A stretch of DNA of 64,000 nt from Nitrospirota bacterium (GTDB taxonomy: Bacteria > Nitrospirota > 9FT-COMBO-42-15 > HDB-SIOI813). The stretch covers positions 128,046-192,045 of the forward strand of contig JADZCV010000045.1 in the NCBI GenBank assembly GCA_020851375.1, read 5' to 3'. Made by a program: the position numbers and the translations under genes. The notes below the pieces were generated by a model, which searched no databases, had not been told where the DNA came from, and was given only the letters and a program-made list of their open reading frames with translations. Below, piece after piece: positions 20,760 to 30,698 of this stretch. The stretch's first letter is position 1. Each line of letters starts with the position of its first letter.

Positions 20760-22115
20760 CTACACAATAATTCCTTCCTCCCTGTATTCGCTCAATTTAT
20801 TTCTAAGGGTGCGAATCCCTATGTTCAAAAGCTTTGCTGCTTTTGTCCTGTTCCAGTTGACATCCTCAAGGGTCTTAAGTATAAGGGCTGTTTCCATTTC
20901 CCGGACAGACATCCCTGCAGAAATGGAAGATGGCGTATTCCGGCTGTCTCTCTTACCCTCAATCATAAGGTGACCCGGAAGCAGAGTGTCGCCGTCGGCA
21001 ATCAGGATCGCCCTCTCTACAACATTCTCAAGCTCCCTGATATTCCCCTTCCAGTCATGGCTGATTAAGACATCCACGGCCTCATCTGATATTTTTGTAA
21101 CCGGGGCCCTGTTCCCGCGTGATCTATTGTCCTTAAGTTTCTTCATAAAGTGCCTTGCAAGTTCAGGGATGTCTCCCTTTCTGTCCTTCAGCGGAGGGAG
21201 TACCATCGGGAAGACGTTCAGCCTGTAGTAGAGATCCTCCCTGAATCTTCCCTCTTCCACCTCTCTTTTCAGCGTCCTGTTGGTTGTGGCAATAACACGG
21301 ATGTCAATATGAACAGGCTCTTTCCCGCCTATGGTGTCTACCTGCCTCTCCTGCAGCACCCTCAATAGCTTGGCCTGAAGCGGAAGACTCATCTCTCCCA
21401 CTTCATCAAGGAGCAATGTACCCGTATTTGCCTGTATAAACTTTCCGTTTCTCTTGCTGATGGCCCCGGTAAACGCCCCCTTTTCATGACCGAATAATTC
21501 ACTCTCAAGGAGTCCGTCAGGTATAGCCGCACAGTTTATGGCGACAAACGGATTTCCGGCCCTGTAACTTCTGTTATGAATAAACCTGGCAAGCATTTCC
21601 TTCCCGGTACCGCTCTCACCCTCTACCAGCACTGTAACATCACTAAATGCAATTTCCTGCGCAGTCTTTAATAATCTGAGCATACCAGGGTCTTTTGATA
21701 TAATAGCTGCTGCTTCTTTATCATCCGATGACGGTTTATTTGCATCCTGAACAGACTCAATACCACGTTTTACAAGGTCCTCAAGGGCATCCGCGGAAAA
21801 TGGCTTCATTATGTAGTCAAAAGCGCCCAGTTTCATCGCCTCAACTGCATTATCAATGGTGCCGTAAGCAGTAACAAGGATTACCGGGACATCAGGGGAG
21901 CGCCTTTTTACCTCCTTTAGCACATGAACTCCGTCGCCATTTGCCATCCTGACATCCGTTATCACCATGTCAAACTGTTTTGATGAAAACTTTCGTATAG
22001 CCTCATCTCCGCCGGATGCAATATCAACTGAATATCCACACCTCCTTAGTGTTTCACTCATGGCAAAACGCATTTCGCAGTCATCATCTGACAGAAGTAT
22101 TGTCCGCCCCATCAA
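20760..22115 (-). CDS. Sigma-54-dependent response regulator (NtrC family; FleR/FlrC/FlgR-like)
   Basis: Receiver domain with phospho-acceptor region (DMVITDVRM), AAA+ Walker A GESGTGKE, the GAFTGA sigma-54 contact motif, and a C-terminal Fis-type HTH. Confidence 0.85.
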   Translation of the reverse strand: MMGRTILLSDDDCEMRFAMSETLRRCGYSVDIASGGDEAIRKFSSKQFDMVITDVRMANGDGVHVLKEVKRRSPDVPVILVTAYGTIDNAVEAMKLGAFDYIMKPFSADALEDLVKRGIESVQDANKPSSDDKEAAAIISKDPGMLRLLKTAQEIAFSDVTVLVEGESGTGKEMLARFIHNRSYRAGNPFVAINCAAIPDGLLESELFGHEKGAFTGAISKRNGKFIQANTGTLLLDEVGEMSLPLQAKLLRVLQERQVDTIGGKEPVHIDIRVIATTNRTLKREVEEGRFREDLYYRLNVFPMVLPPLKDRKGDIPELARHFMKKLKDNRSRGNRAPVTKISDEAVDVLISHDWKGNIRELENVVERAILIADGDTLLPGHLMIEGKRDSRNTPSSISAGMSVREMETALILKTLEDVNWNRTKAAKLLNIGIRTLRNKLSEYREEGIIV

Positions 22116-22882
22116 GCTCCCCCCCCCTTTAAAGGCAAATGCATAACAAAAAGACTGCCGGCCCCTGGCTTGCTGTAGACATTAATGCTCCCTCTGTGGG
22201 CGCTTATAATATTGTGCACGATGGTAAGGCCGAGGCCTGTGCCATTTTCCCTGGTCGTGAAAAATGGGTCGAATATCCTGTTCATGTCTGCAGAGGCAAT
22301 CCCGGCACCTGTATCCTGAACTGATATATCAACTGTATCGTTGGCAGTATCCTCGACTGCCTCAATAGTGAGGCTGCCTGAATCCTCCATGAACTGAAGG
22401 GAATTCAGAAACAGATTAAGAAAAACCTGCCGCAGTAATGTCTTATCGCAAAACAACCTGAGACGGTCAGGACATCTTTTTACCACACTGATATTCTTTT
22501 TATTTATCAGATACGACACGCCTTCGAGACTGTTATCAATTATTGTCCCAATCCCTGCCTTTTCATAAGCAGGTTTGGGAAGCCTGGTAAAGTGCAGCAG
22601 GTTTGATAAAACCGCATCAATATTTTTGACTCCATAAATTATATGCCCCAATAAAACCTGTTTATCAGGGTCTGCTGCCAGCTCTTTCCGTAATAAGGAT
22701 GTAATCAGTTCAATGCTCCCCAGGGGATTTCTGATGTCATGGACTATCTTTGTCACCATCCCCCCCATAGACTGCAGGCGCACTTCCCTTTCATGGCCGT
22801 CTCTGTAATTTAAATCAGGATATGGTTCTGTTCCCCCGTATTCAGGCACTTCACATCTGTGTGATATATTTTTATCGTTCAT
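22112..22882 (-). CDS. Cytoplasmic sensor histidine kinase (FleS/FlrB/FlgS-like)
   Basis: H-box HDIRNPLGSI, HATPase G-boxes (DTGAGI, GTGLGL) and no TM segments. Start and stop codons overlap with the flanking operon genes. Confidence 0.8.
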   Translation of the reverse strand: MNDKNISHRCEVPEYGGTEPYPDLNYRDGHEREVRLQSMGGMVTKIVHDIRNPLGSIELITSLLRKELAADPDKQVLLGHIIYGVKNIDAVLSNLLHFTRLPKPAYEKAGIGTIIDNSLEGVSYLINKKNISVVKRCPDRLRLFCDKTLLRQVFLNLFLNSLQFMEDSGSLTIEAVEDTANDTVDISVQDTGAGIASADMNRIFDPFFTTRENGTGLGLTIVHNIISAHRGSINVYSKPGAGSLFVMHLPLKGGGA

Positions 22883-22887
22883 GGCAA

Positions 22888-24963
22888 TTAATTCAGTTGT
22901 CCTGAAGCATAGGCAATGTCTTTTATGCGCTCCTCAGAAATCTGTTTGACAAGATTATTATTGCCCCCGGATAACTTTGAGAACACCTTTTTGGCATCCT
23001 CCGCCCTTCCCAGCCTTAAAAGGCAGTCCCCTATCATAAACTCCACTGTATCAGAGCCTTCCTTAAGCCATCCCCCTTTTAATCCTGCATTGTATGCATC
23101 CATTGCCTCCTGGTACTTCTGCAATCCATAATAAGCATTGCCAAGCATGACATAACCATTTGACGCAAACCCGGCGTTTGGCTGTTTCCTGACACCTGTA
23201 AGCATATCCCTGAGGACAGCAATGCTGTCTTCATACTGAGTCCTGTTCTGCAACATGGTCGCAAGTTTTATATAGGCATCAGGATAGCGGTACGGTGCAT
23301 CTCTTATTACTGCATATAAATTATTGCTCGCCTTTTCATACTCTTTGAGGTTATAGAAACTGTTGCCGGCAAGAGCCCTTGCTTCATTTGTCATACTGCC
23401 GTCCGGGAATTCTGATAAAAGTCGTCCAAGCAGCCCGACCGCCTTTCTGTCATCACCGGACAAGGCATACAACTTTCCTGCGTTAAACAACGCCTGCTCT
23501 CTTCTGCTTCCATTTCTCTCAATAATGGCTTCATAGATCACATGTGCGTCATTGTAAAAGTGAAGCCCCTCATGCATGGCAGCTATACCCATGAGAAGTC
23601 CTTCGTTCTTCACATACCTGAGGTTATCCCTGTAAAAGGCATGGTATAGTTTAAGAACACCGGCCTTGTCACCCCGGTCAAGCCTGTCCCTTATCTTTAT
23701 CCCTATTCTGTCAATAGCATCGCTGAGCGCTTCTGAGACCTCACTTCTTAAATTACTGTCTGGATTATTGATAAGTTCGAGATAGACGTTAAATGACTGC
23801 TGGAGCCTGCCCTGTTCCTCCATTACTTTAGCTGTCTTAAACCTTGCTGTGGCAACAAGGACATTATTTTCTGAAGCTGTTTCAACATCCTTATAGTATT
23901 TCAACGTATCCTGATTGAACTTATCAGCCGGAATCGCCGGACGTCCGCGAGATGATCTGGCCTCCCTGTTGGATTGAAGCTTCATGTCCCCCAGTGCAAG
24001 CATACTCGAAAAGGAATCATCGCTGTCAGGGAAGTACATGATTACATCACGAAATATCTTCTCAGCAACAGGATAGTTTCGCGAAATGGCAAATGTCTCT
24101 GCCGCCCTTTTAAGGGCTAAACCGGCCTGACCGTCTTTTGGGTACAGATTATAAAAAGTCAGAAAGCCTTCCCTTGCCTTTATAATTTCTCCATTCTGAA
24201 ACTGACACTCACTATATTCATGCAGGATTTCAGGATTGCCTTTCATGTAGGCCGGCCATCTTCTTAGTCCCTCTTCAAAGTACTTTCTTGCATCACCAAA
24301 CTCATTGAGTAAAAAAAGTAACTCAGCAGCAAGGAATACCCTTTCCTTCTCCATCTTGCCATTGTATCTTAACATCAGCACATCAAGGTCTGACAATGCA
24401 TCTTTGAAATTACCCAACTTAAGATTGATAACTGCCAGCATATATTGTGCCCTTGCAGCAAACAGGGTTGACGGATAATCCTCGATCACCCTCCTGAAAT
24501 TTCCCTTAGCCTCAGCAATCAGGTTTAGATCAAGGTATATGTTGCCTGTCTCAAGAAGTATTTCCGGAATCTTTCCCTTTTCCCGTGCCGGACATAACCT
24601 CAGACCAAACTGAAATGACCGGAGCGCGTTCATCATAACCTTTTCATTTTTCCTGCCATCTCTTAATGCAAGCCAGCGGTATATGCTGCCTGCGTAGAGT
24701 GATGAGACAGCGGAGACTTCACTGTTCCTGCCGTCCATCGTAAACTGCACAAACTGATCAAGGGCCAGTTCGTAATTACCCCCCTTAAAAGCAACCAATG
24801 CCTCCTGGAATTCCTTCGCTCCGTCACCGTTCACCCTGTCTGTCCATGAAACGATAATCGTTTCAGGAGATGGAGGAAACAGGGCAGGCGTCTTGTATAA
24901 TACAGATGCGCTGGAGTCGCTTATGCTGAGAACGACAAATAGTAAGATAATAATTATCTGCAT
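22888..24963 (-). CDS. Periplasmic TPR-repeat protein (691 aa, signal peptide); first gene of the kinase/regulator operon
   Basis: N-terminal signal peptide and many 34-aa TPR-like repeats along the protein. Its stop lies 6 nt from the kinase start. Confidence 0.7.
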   Translation of the reverse strand: MQIIIILLFVVLSISDSSASVLYKTPALFPPSPETIIVSWTDRVNGDGAKEFQEALVAFKGGNYELALDQFVQFTMDGRNSEVSAVSSLYAGSIYRWLALRDGRKNEKVMMNALRSFQFGLRLCPAREKGKIPEILLETGNIYLDLNLIAEAKGNFRRVIEDYPSTLFAARAQYMLAVINLKLGNFKDALSDLDVLMLRYNGKMEKERVFLAAELLFLLNEFGDARKYFEEGLRRWPAYMKGNPEILHEYSECQFQNGEIIKAREGFLTFYNLYPKDGQAGLALKRAAETFAISRNYPVAEKIFRDVIMYFPDSDDSFSSMLALGDMKLQSNREARSSRGRPAIPADKFNQDTLKYYKDVETASENNVLVATARFKTAKVMEEQGRLQQSFNVYLELINNPDSNLRSEVSEALSDAIDRIGIKIRDRLDRGDKAGVLKLYHAFYRDNLRYVKNEGLLMGIAAMHEGLHFYNDAHVIYEAIIERNGSRREQALFNAGKLYALSGDDRKAVGLLGRLLSEFPDGSMTNEARALAGNSFYNLKEYEKASNNLYAVIRDAPYRYPDAYIKLATMLQNRTQYEDSIAVLRDMLTGVRKQPNAGFASNGYVMLGNAYYGLQKYQEAMDAYNAGLKGGWLKEGSDTVEFMIGDCLLRLGRAEDAKKVFSKLSGGNNNLVKQISEERIKDIAYASGQLN

Positions 24964-24975
24964 CGAAGATGCTTA

Positions 24976-24993
24976 GAAGCAATAGACGTGCCA
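24976..24993 (-). promoter_or_regulatory. Sigma-54 promoter for the TPR-kinase-regulator operon
   Basis: The minus strand reads TGGCACGTCTATTGCT, a perfect TGGCACG-N4-TTGC consensus, ending 15 nt before the ATG. Confidence 0.55.
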
Positions 24994-25121
24994 GTAAATA
25001 TCACGGGACACTCGTTTTATAACTAATTGATATTGTGGATGAATTACATATTGAAAAGGATGGCGTGGTTTTATCTTGTCAATAACTTGACAAGATGGCA
25101 GTCAAAATATTTATTGCAGGA

Positions 25122-26519
25122 TCAGGCATTAATATGAAAGTCTAACTTCTTCTTCTTGAGTTTTTCCACAAGAGTAGTGCGATTTAAGGAGAGTAGCTGT
25201 GCTGCCTTATTCTTTACGCCCTGTGCCTTTTGCATGGCCTGAAGGATCAGGTTATTCTCAAACTCCTCTACGACATCCTTCAGATTGACACCGGTTTCAG
25301 GAAGGGTTACGTGCAGTGCGCGGGCGCCGTCTTTGCTTAACTTATGTGAAATGAATTTATCAGGCAGGTCTTCAGGACAAATAGTTCCATCGCCTTTGAG
25401 TATTACAAGTCTTTCAACAAGGTTCTCAAGCTCCCGTATATTCCCGGGCCAGGGATATGTCACAAGTATTTCCATTGCTGCAGGTGAAAATCCCTTTATC
25501 TCTCTCTTCTTTGACTTGTTGAAATAACTGAGGAAGTGATCCATCAACAAAGGTATATCATCTGTACGGTCTCTCAATGGGGGAATTACTACTGGTATTA
25601 CATTAAGACGATAATAGAGGTCTTCCCTGAACTTTCCTTCATGGACGGCTGTTTCAAGATCAATATTTGTAGCAGCAATAATCCTGACATCCACCTTAAT
25701 AGTCTTAACACCACCTACACGCTCGAACTCGCGCTGCTGCAGTACCCGGAGGAGTTTGACCTGAAGCGTCGGACTCATGTCGCCTATTTCATCAAGAAAT
25801 ATTGTCCCTCCGTCTGCAAGTTCAAATCTTCCAATACGAGTGCTGCTTGCACCGGTGAATGCGCCCTTTTCATGCCCAAACAATTCACTCTCCAGCAGTG
25901 TTTCCGGGATGGCGCCGCAATTTATCGGAATAAGAGGCTTATTCTTTCTTGGACTATTGTAATGTATGGTCCTTGCAACCATCTCTTTTCCAGTACCGCT
26001 CTCCCCAAGTATGAGGATAGTGCTGTCAGTCTCTGCAACCTTCTCTATGAGTGAACAGACTTTTTGAATACCTTCACTGCACCCTATGAGATTCTCAAAA
26101 CCATACCTCTGATGAAGACTCTTTTTAAGCTGACTATTCTCTGTCTGCAGGTCCTGTAATTCAATCACACGTTTCAGAAGTATTAAGACTTCCGTACCGT
26201 TAAATGGCTTCATCAGGTAATCATATGCGCCTGCCTTCATTGCATCTATTGCGTTAGATACAGTGGCATAGCCTGTAATGACTATGCAAGGCAAATCAGC
26301 ATCTATGGCCCTGATATTTTTAATGACATCAATACCGCTCATCCCAGACAGCATAAGGTCTGTAATTAATACATTAAACTTATCCCTGCCTGCTGCTTCC
26401 ATGGCTGACTGTCCATCTGCTGCAGCAGTTACCTCGTAGCCATTCATCGAGAGGAGAGTAATCATCGTCTCCCTGATGTCAGCATCATCATCTACAAGGA
26501 GAATGCGGGGGGATTTCAT
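25122..26519 (-). CDS. Sigma-54-dependent response regulator (NtrC family), second copy
   Basis: Receiver domain ([11 protein letters not shown]), AAA+ [14 protein letters not shown], and a C-terminal HTH. Confidence 0.85.
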   Translation of the reverse strand: MKSPRILLVDDDADIRETMITLLSMNGYEVTAAADGQSAMEAAGRDKFNVLITDLMLSGMSGIDVIKNIRAIDADLPCIVITGYATVSNAIDAMKAGAYDYLMKPFNGTEVLILLKRVIELQDLQTENSQLKKSLHQRYGFENLIGCSEGIQKVCSLIEKVAETDSTILILGESGTGKEMVARTIHYNSPRKNKPLIPINCGAIPETLLESELFGHEKGAFTGASSTRIGRFELADGGTIFLDEIGDMSPTLQVKLLRVLQQREFERVGGVKTIKVDVRIIAATNIDLETAVHEGKFREDLYYRLNVIPVVIPPLRDRTDDIPLLMDHFLSYFNKSKKREIKGFSPAAMEILVTYPWPGNIRELENLVERLVILKGDGTICPEDLPDKFISHKLSKDGARALHVTLPETGVNLKDVVEEFENNLILQAMQKAQGVKNKAAQLLSLNRTTLVEKLKKKKLDFHINA

Positions 26520-26525
26520 GACATA

Positions 26526-26566
26526 ATCTTACAAATTCTTGACGCCAATGTCAACATTTATATAAT
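26526..26566. promoter_or_regulatory. Divergent sigma-70-like promoters sharing the palindrome TTGACgccaatGTCAA
   Basis: Plus strand: TTGACG-16 nt-TATAAT ahead of the fis-like gene. Minus strand: TTGACA-17 nt-TAAGAT ending 6 nt before the second regulator's ATG, so that transcript would be leaderless. Confidence 0.35.
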
Positions 26567-26604
26567 TGACTTAATTTAATCTTTTATGATACAAGAATAC
26601 GGTC

Positions 26605-27048
26605 ATGGAAAACGATAGTATTGTCATTATTGGAAAGAATAACGGGTTGTCTGAACTAAGAAAGACATGGGGAGAGAAGGGCATAGAAGTAACACTTATC
26701 AAAGATGCACATGAGGCAAAAAAGAGAATAGGAAAAACCCCGTGCAGTCTTGTTGGACTTGATCCTGATACATTCAATTCAATCGTTTCACAGAATAGCC
26801 AGCCAACAGTGTCACTTAAAGATTATATAGAAAAAAGAATCCACGACTTTATCAGGAGATTTAAGTCATCAGAAGGATCCAACCTTTACTATACCCTTTT
26901 GCGTGAAATTGAAAAACCTCTCATAACCATGACACTTAAAGAGACTAAGGGGAATCAACTGGAAGCAGCCCACATCCTCGGATTAAACAGAAATACCCTC
27001 AGGAAAAAAATCAAAGAGTTAAATATATCGCTTGACAAGATGAAATAA
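26605..27048 (+). CDS. Fis-family DNA-binding protein with a degenerate receiver-like N-terminal domain
   Basis: C-terminal Fis-type HTH (QLEAAHILGLNRNTLRKKIKEL). Confidence 0.6.
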   Translation: MENDSIVIIGKNNGLSELRKTWGEKGIEVTLIKDAHEAKKRIGKTPCSLVGLDPDTFNSIVSQNSQPTVSLKDYIEKRIHDFIRRFKSSEGSNLYYTLLREIEKPLITMTLKETKGNQLEAAHILGLNRNTLRKKIKELNISLDKMK

Positions 27049-27090
27049 TGTCTGTTAATCTGTCTCCTGTTTTTCCACCGGAGGCCTTCA

Positions 27091-27363
27091 ATGACAAAAG
27101 CAGAACTGACAGACAAGATAGCAATTTCAGCAGGTATCAGCAGGACAGCAGCATCAAACGCGCTGAACTCCATGCTTGAAAATATAACCAGGGCATTGCA
27201 GAAGGGACAAAAGGTAACTCTGCTCGGGTTCGGAACATTCTCAGTACAGCACAGGAAGGCCCGCTCCGGCAGGAATCCAAAGACTGGTGAAGAGATAAAG
27301 ATACCGGCAGGTAAATTGCCTAAGTTTACAGCCGGGACAGCCCTCAAGAATTCCCTCAAATAG
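27091..27363 (+). CDS. hup: Nucleoid protein HU/IHF family
   Basis: 90 aa with the classic HU signature GFGTF...RNPKTGEEIKIPA. Confidence 0.9.
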   Translation: MTKAELTDKIAISAGISRTAASNALNSMLENITRALQKGQKVTLLGFGTFSVQHRKARSGRNPKTGEEIKIPAGKLPKFTAGTALKNSLK

Positions 27364-27366
27364 AGA

Positions 27367-27525
27367 ACGCTGAAAAGCACCCCACTGCGGCGTCAGGAAA
27401 AAAGATTTGAACTTCAACGTACAACACAGTACGCCTCAGCTCAAATCTTATTTCCTTCCTTGCATTTGAGTACTTTTGAGCGTTCTCCCGTTGTGACGCT
27501 GAAAAGCACCCAACTGCGGCGCCGG
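27367..27525. repeat. Repeat family 1, full copy (27367-27483) plus a partial copy (27495-27525)
   Basis: ACGCTGAAAAG...CTTTTGAGCGT terminal inverted repeat, the invariant core CTTCAACGTACAACACAGTACGCCTCAG, and a copy-specific complementary inner stem. Confidence 0.6.
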
Positions 27526-27526
27526 T

Positions 27527-27715
27527 TCATGGTTCCAGGTCTAAGACAGTGTTGCAATTCATGCAGAGATATCCCTCTCCTTCAACCATACGGCATGTCT
27601 CTGAGATATACCTGATCTCATATACCATCCCGCATTTACCGCAGGTAATCTGATGCTTTAAATTAGAACCAGGGTTTCCTGTTTCCGTACCCCCTGTTTT
27701 ATCATTATCTGACAC
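27527..27715 (-). CDS. Small zinc-ribbon protein (CxxC...CxxC), GTG start
   Basis: SD GGAGG lies 5 nt before the GTG; two Cys pairs (CGKCG...CMNCN). Uncertain, because it sits between two repeat blocks. Confidence 0.4.
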   Translation of the reverse strand: MSDNDKTGGTETGNPGSNLKHQITCGKCGMVYEIRYISETCRMVEGEGYLCMNCNTVLDLEP

Positions 27716-27740
27716 GTCAACCTCCGTTTCATCTGAAATT

Positions 27741-27965
27741 CCCCGTTATTTACCACAAAGACACAAAGGACACAAAGAATTATATTTCAGATACATCATC
27801 CCAAAATGCTCCTATGTACCTGTCATTCCCACGGAACCTGTCCCCGCATGATTTAAGCGGGGAGTGGGAATCCAGAATCAAGCACTAGTTCTGGATTCCC
27901 GCTTGCGCGGGAATGACATTTTCATCGACCCTTGTGAGCCCAGGCTCATGACGGTTCACTCGATA
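27741..27965. repeat. Repeat family 2, composite hairpin array (modules D-A-B-C)
   Basis: Module D is the CACAAAG-rich segment. Module A is ATTCCCAC...GTGGGAAT with a nested TCCCCGC/GCGGGGA stem. Module B is ATTCCCGCTTGCGCGGGAAT. Module C is TGAGCCC...GGGCTCA. The array recurs at 32837-33297 and 43305-43503. Confidence 0.6.
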
Positions 27966-27986
27966 ACTCACCAGCATCCGGGCTTG

Positions 27987-29651
27987 CTACACGAGCACAG
28001 CCCCCTTGCTGCCGGACGTAACCATCCGTGCATATCTTCCAAGCCAGCCCTTCTCGATCTTTGGAGGCGGCTGTTTCCATTCAGCCCTGCGTCTCGCAAG
28101 CTCATCTTCACTTAACTCAACATCAAGGGTCCTCTTGTTAATATCAATGCTGATAATGTCACCGTCTTTGATCAGTGCTATCGTTCCACCCTCTGCTGCC
28201 TCAGGTGACACATGACCGATACAGGCACCGCGGGTACCGCCTGAAAACCTTCCGTCCGTAATCAGCGCCACCTTATCCCCAAGACCCATGCCCATTATAT
28301 TTGCCGTTGGAGAAAGCATCTCCTGCATACCCGGACCTCCCTTAGGCCCCTCATAGCGAATAACGACAACATGTCCTTCCTTAACCTTTCCTCCAAGGAT
28401 CCCGGCACATGCCTCTTCCTGTGACTCAAATACTATTGCAGGTCCTTCATGCCTTAACATTACAGGCGACACCCCTGCAGTCTTCACAACCGCACCTTCA
28501 GGTGCAAGATTGCCAAACAGTATGGCCAGCCCGCCATCTTTGCTGTAGGCATTTTCTACCGGCCTTATGACCTCTTTGTCCTTCAAAACTACATCCCTGA
28601 TGTTATCGCCGATGCTCTTTAGTGTCACGCTTTTCTGCCTCAGGTCTATTACCCCTTCCACCCTGCTCAACTCTTTCAGGATAGCGCTCACCCCCCCGGC
28701 ATTGTGAACATCCTCTATATGCCATTGTGAGGACGGACTTACCCTGCAGATATTTGGTACGCGAGCCGAGAGGTCATTTATCCTGCCAAGGTCATAATTA
28801 ATCCCGGCCTCCCAGGCTATTGCAAGGGTATGAAGAATCGTATTGGTGGAGCCTCCCATAGCTATATCCAATGCAAAGGCATTATCAATGGCCTCTTTCG
28901 TTACAATATCACGCGGTTTGAGGTCCGCCTTAACAAGACCTAATATCTGTCTTGCTGCCCCTCGAATGAGATCGTCTCTTTCTTTTGACACAGCAAGCGC
29001 CGTACCATTGCCTGGCAGGGCAAGTCCAAGCGCCTCCATCAGGCAATTCATTGAATTTGCTGTAAACAGGCCTGAACATGAACCGCATGTCGGGCAGCCA
29101 TGGTCTTCAATGTCCTTTAACTGTGACTCAGATATCCTGCCTGCCCTGAACTCACCTACTCCTTCAAAGACAGATATGAGGTCAACCACCTTCCCGCTCG
29201 TAGTCCGTCCTGCGGCCATTGGTCCGCCGCTTACAAATATAGTCGGGATATTCACACGCATGGCCCCCATGATCATCCCCGGTACGATCTTGTCACAGTT
29301 TGGTATGCAGACAAGACCGTCAAGCATGTGCGCCTGGGCCATCGTCTCTACTGAGTCAGCTATAAGCTCCCTGCTTGGCAGTGAATAGAGCATCCCCTTA
29401 TGACCCATGGCAATCCCGTCATCCACCCCTATGGTGTTAAATTCAAACGGGACGCCGCCTGCCTTCCGTATCTCTTCCTTTACGATCCGGCCAAACTCCT
29501 GCAGGTGAACATGGCCCGGGATAATATCAATGTATGAATTCACTACGCCTATAAACGGCTTGTCAAAATCACCATCCTTAAGACCGCAGGCCTTCAGCAG
29601 GCTCCTGTGCGGCGCCCTTTCAAACCCCTTTTTTATCGTATCACTGCGCAT
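27987..29651 (-). CDS. ilvD: Dihydroxy-acid dehydratase IlvD
   Basis: 554 aa with N-terminal [23 protein letters not shown]; the conserved Cys ligands CPGMIMGA and CGSC are present. Confidence 0.95.
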   Translation of the reverse strand: MRSDTIKKGFERAPHRSLLKACGLKDGDFDKPFIGVVNSYIDIIPGHVHLQEFGRIVKEEIRKAGGVPFEFNTIGVDDGIAMGHKGMLYSLPSRELIADSVETMAQAHMLDGLVCIPNCDKIVPGMIMGAMRVNIPTIFVSGGPMAAGRTTSGKVVDLISVFEGVGEFRAGRISESQLKDIEDHGCPTCGSCSGLFTANSMNCLMEALGLALPGNGTALAVSKERDDLIRGAARQILGLVKADLKPRDIVTKEAIDNAFALDIAMGGSTNTILHTLAIAWEAGINYDLGRINDLSARVPNICRVSPSSQWHIEDVHNAGGVSAILKELSRVEGVIDLRQKSVTLKSIGDNIRDVVLKDKEVIRPVENAYSKDGGLAILFGNLAPEGAVVKTAGVSPVMLRHEGPAIVFESQEEACAGILGGKVKEGHVVVIRYEGPKGGPGMQEMLSPTANIMGMGLGDKVALITDGRFSGGTRGACIGHVSPEAAEGGTIALIKDGDIISIDINKRTLDVELSEDELARRRAEWKQPPPKIEKGWLGRYARMVTSGSKGAVLV

Positions 29652-29831
29652 AATCCCTCTCTCCTTACTTTAGCAAGGTATCACCTTTGATAATGAGTTC
29701 GTATTACGATTTTGTATTATAACACTCCACCAGTCATCCGGTAAAGACCCAATTCCGGCACAAAGTTGACATACAGGAATGGAGGGGATTAAGATAAATT
29801 CATACAGACCCATTATCATTCAGGTAAAACC

Positions 29832-30698
29832 ATGAAAGAAATCATAGAGTGGCTGGTACATGCTGAAGGCAGGACATGCTCTATATATAATAAGGCGGCA
29901 GATTATTTTCATGCTGATGAGGAATTCAGCGGATTCGTCAGACGGCTTGCTTATGATGAAAAGGTGCACCATGCCATAATAACTCAGGTCTATGACCTGG
30001 TGAAGGGAAGGAATAACCTGCCGTCATTGATTGCTGTAATGAGTGACACAACAAGGAACGAATTTGATGCGTGCCTGTCCGGGATTGAAAAAGGCATAGA
30101 AGCCGGAACACTGACGAGAAGTGCCCTTGCTGATCACATAATTTCCATCGAATTCTGTGAATTGAACGATGCATTTGCCTACATGTTAACAACAATGAAG
30201 GATCATGATTCACAATTCAGGACTGCAGCCATCAATATTCACAAACACAAGATGACCATTAAACAGTTTCTCAACTCTTGTAATGAATTTAAGGAACATC
30301 TTGACCGCATAACACATTTCCCTGATATATGGGAAGAAAAGATCCTGATTGTTGATGATGAACACGTTATTATTGATGTCATGCAGGCGATATTGTCAAA
30401 GGAAGGCATGATAGATACAGCTTCAAACGGCAGAAAAGCCCTGGAAAAGGTTCAGGATAAATATTATGCCGCAATTATAAGTGACATTAGTATGCCTGTT
30501 ATGGACGGTATGGATTTCTATAAGAGGGCTGTGGAGCTTTATCCATCAATAAGCAAGCGGTTCCTGTTCTTTACTGGGAGGGTGGACGAAAAGACAGAGG
30601 ATTTTTTCAGGGAGTATAATCTGTCATACCTGGAAAAGCCATCACGCCTCAAAGACATCAGGAAAAAGGTCATAGACATATTGACTGCTATACCTTGA
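29832..30698 (+). CDS. Response regulator with an N-terminal all-alpha His/Glu-rich (possibly di-iron) domain and a C-terminal receiver
   Basis: C-terminal CheY-like receiver (LIVDDEHVI...ISDISMPVMDG...EKP). The N-terminal 170 aa has no DNA-binding motif and carries His/Glu motifs (EKVHH, HDSQ, HKHK). Confidence 0.7.
   Translation: MKEIIEWLVHAEGRTCSIYNKAADYFHADEEFSGFVRRLAYDEKVHHAIITQVYDLVKGRNNLPSLIAVMSDTTRNEFDACLSGIEKGIEAGTLTRSALADHIISIEFCELNDAFAYMLTTMKDHDSQFRTAAINIHKHKMTIKQFLNSCNEFKEHLDRITHFPDIWEEKILIVDDEHVIIDVMQAILSKEGMIDTASNGRKALEKVQDKYYAAIISDISMPVMDGMDFYKRAVELYPSISKRFLFFTGRVDEKTEDFFREYNLSYLEKPSRLKDIRKKVIDILTAIP

Noticed and set aside
27741-27965. Repeat family 2 considered as a CRISPR array
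   Set aside because: There is no regular repeat-spacer periodicity. The so-called spacers are themselves conserved between loci, the units are nested palindromes of different kinds, and no cas genes are in the window.
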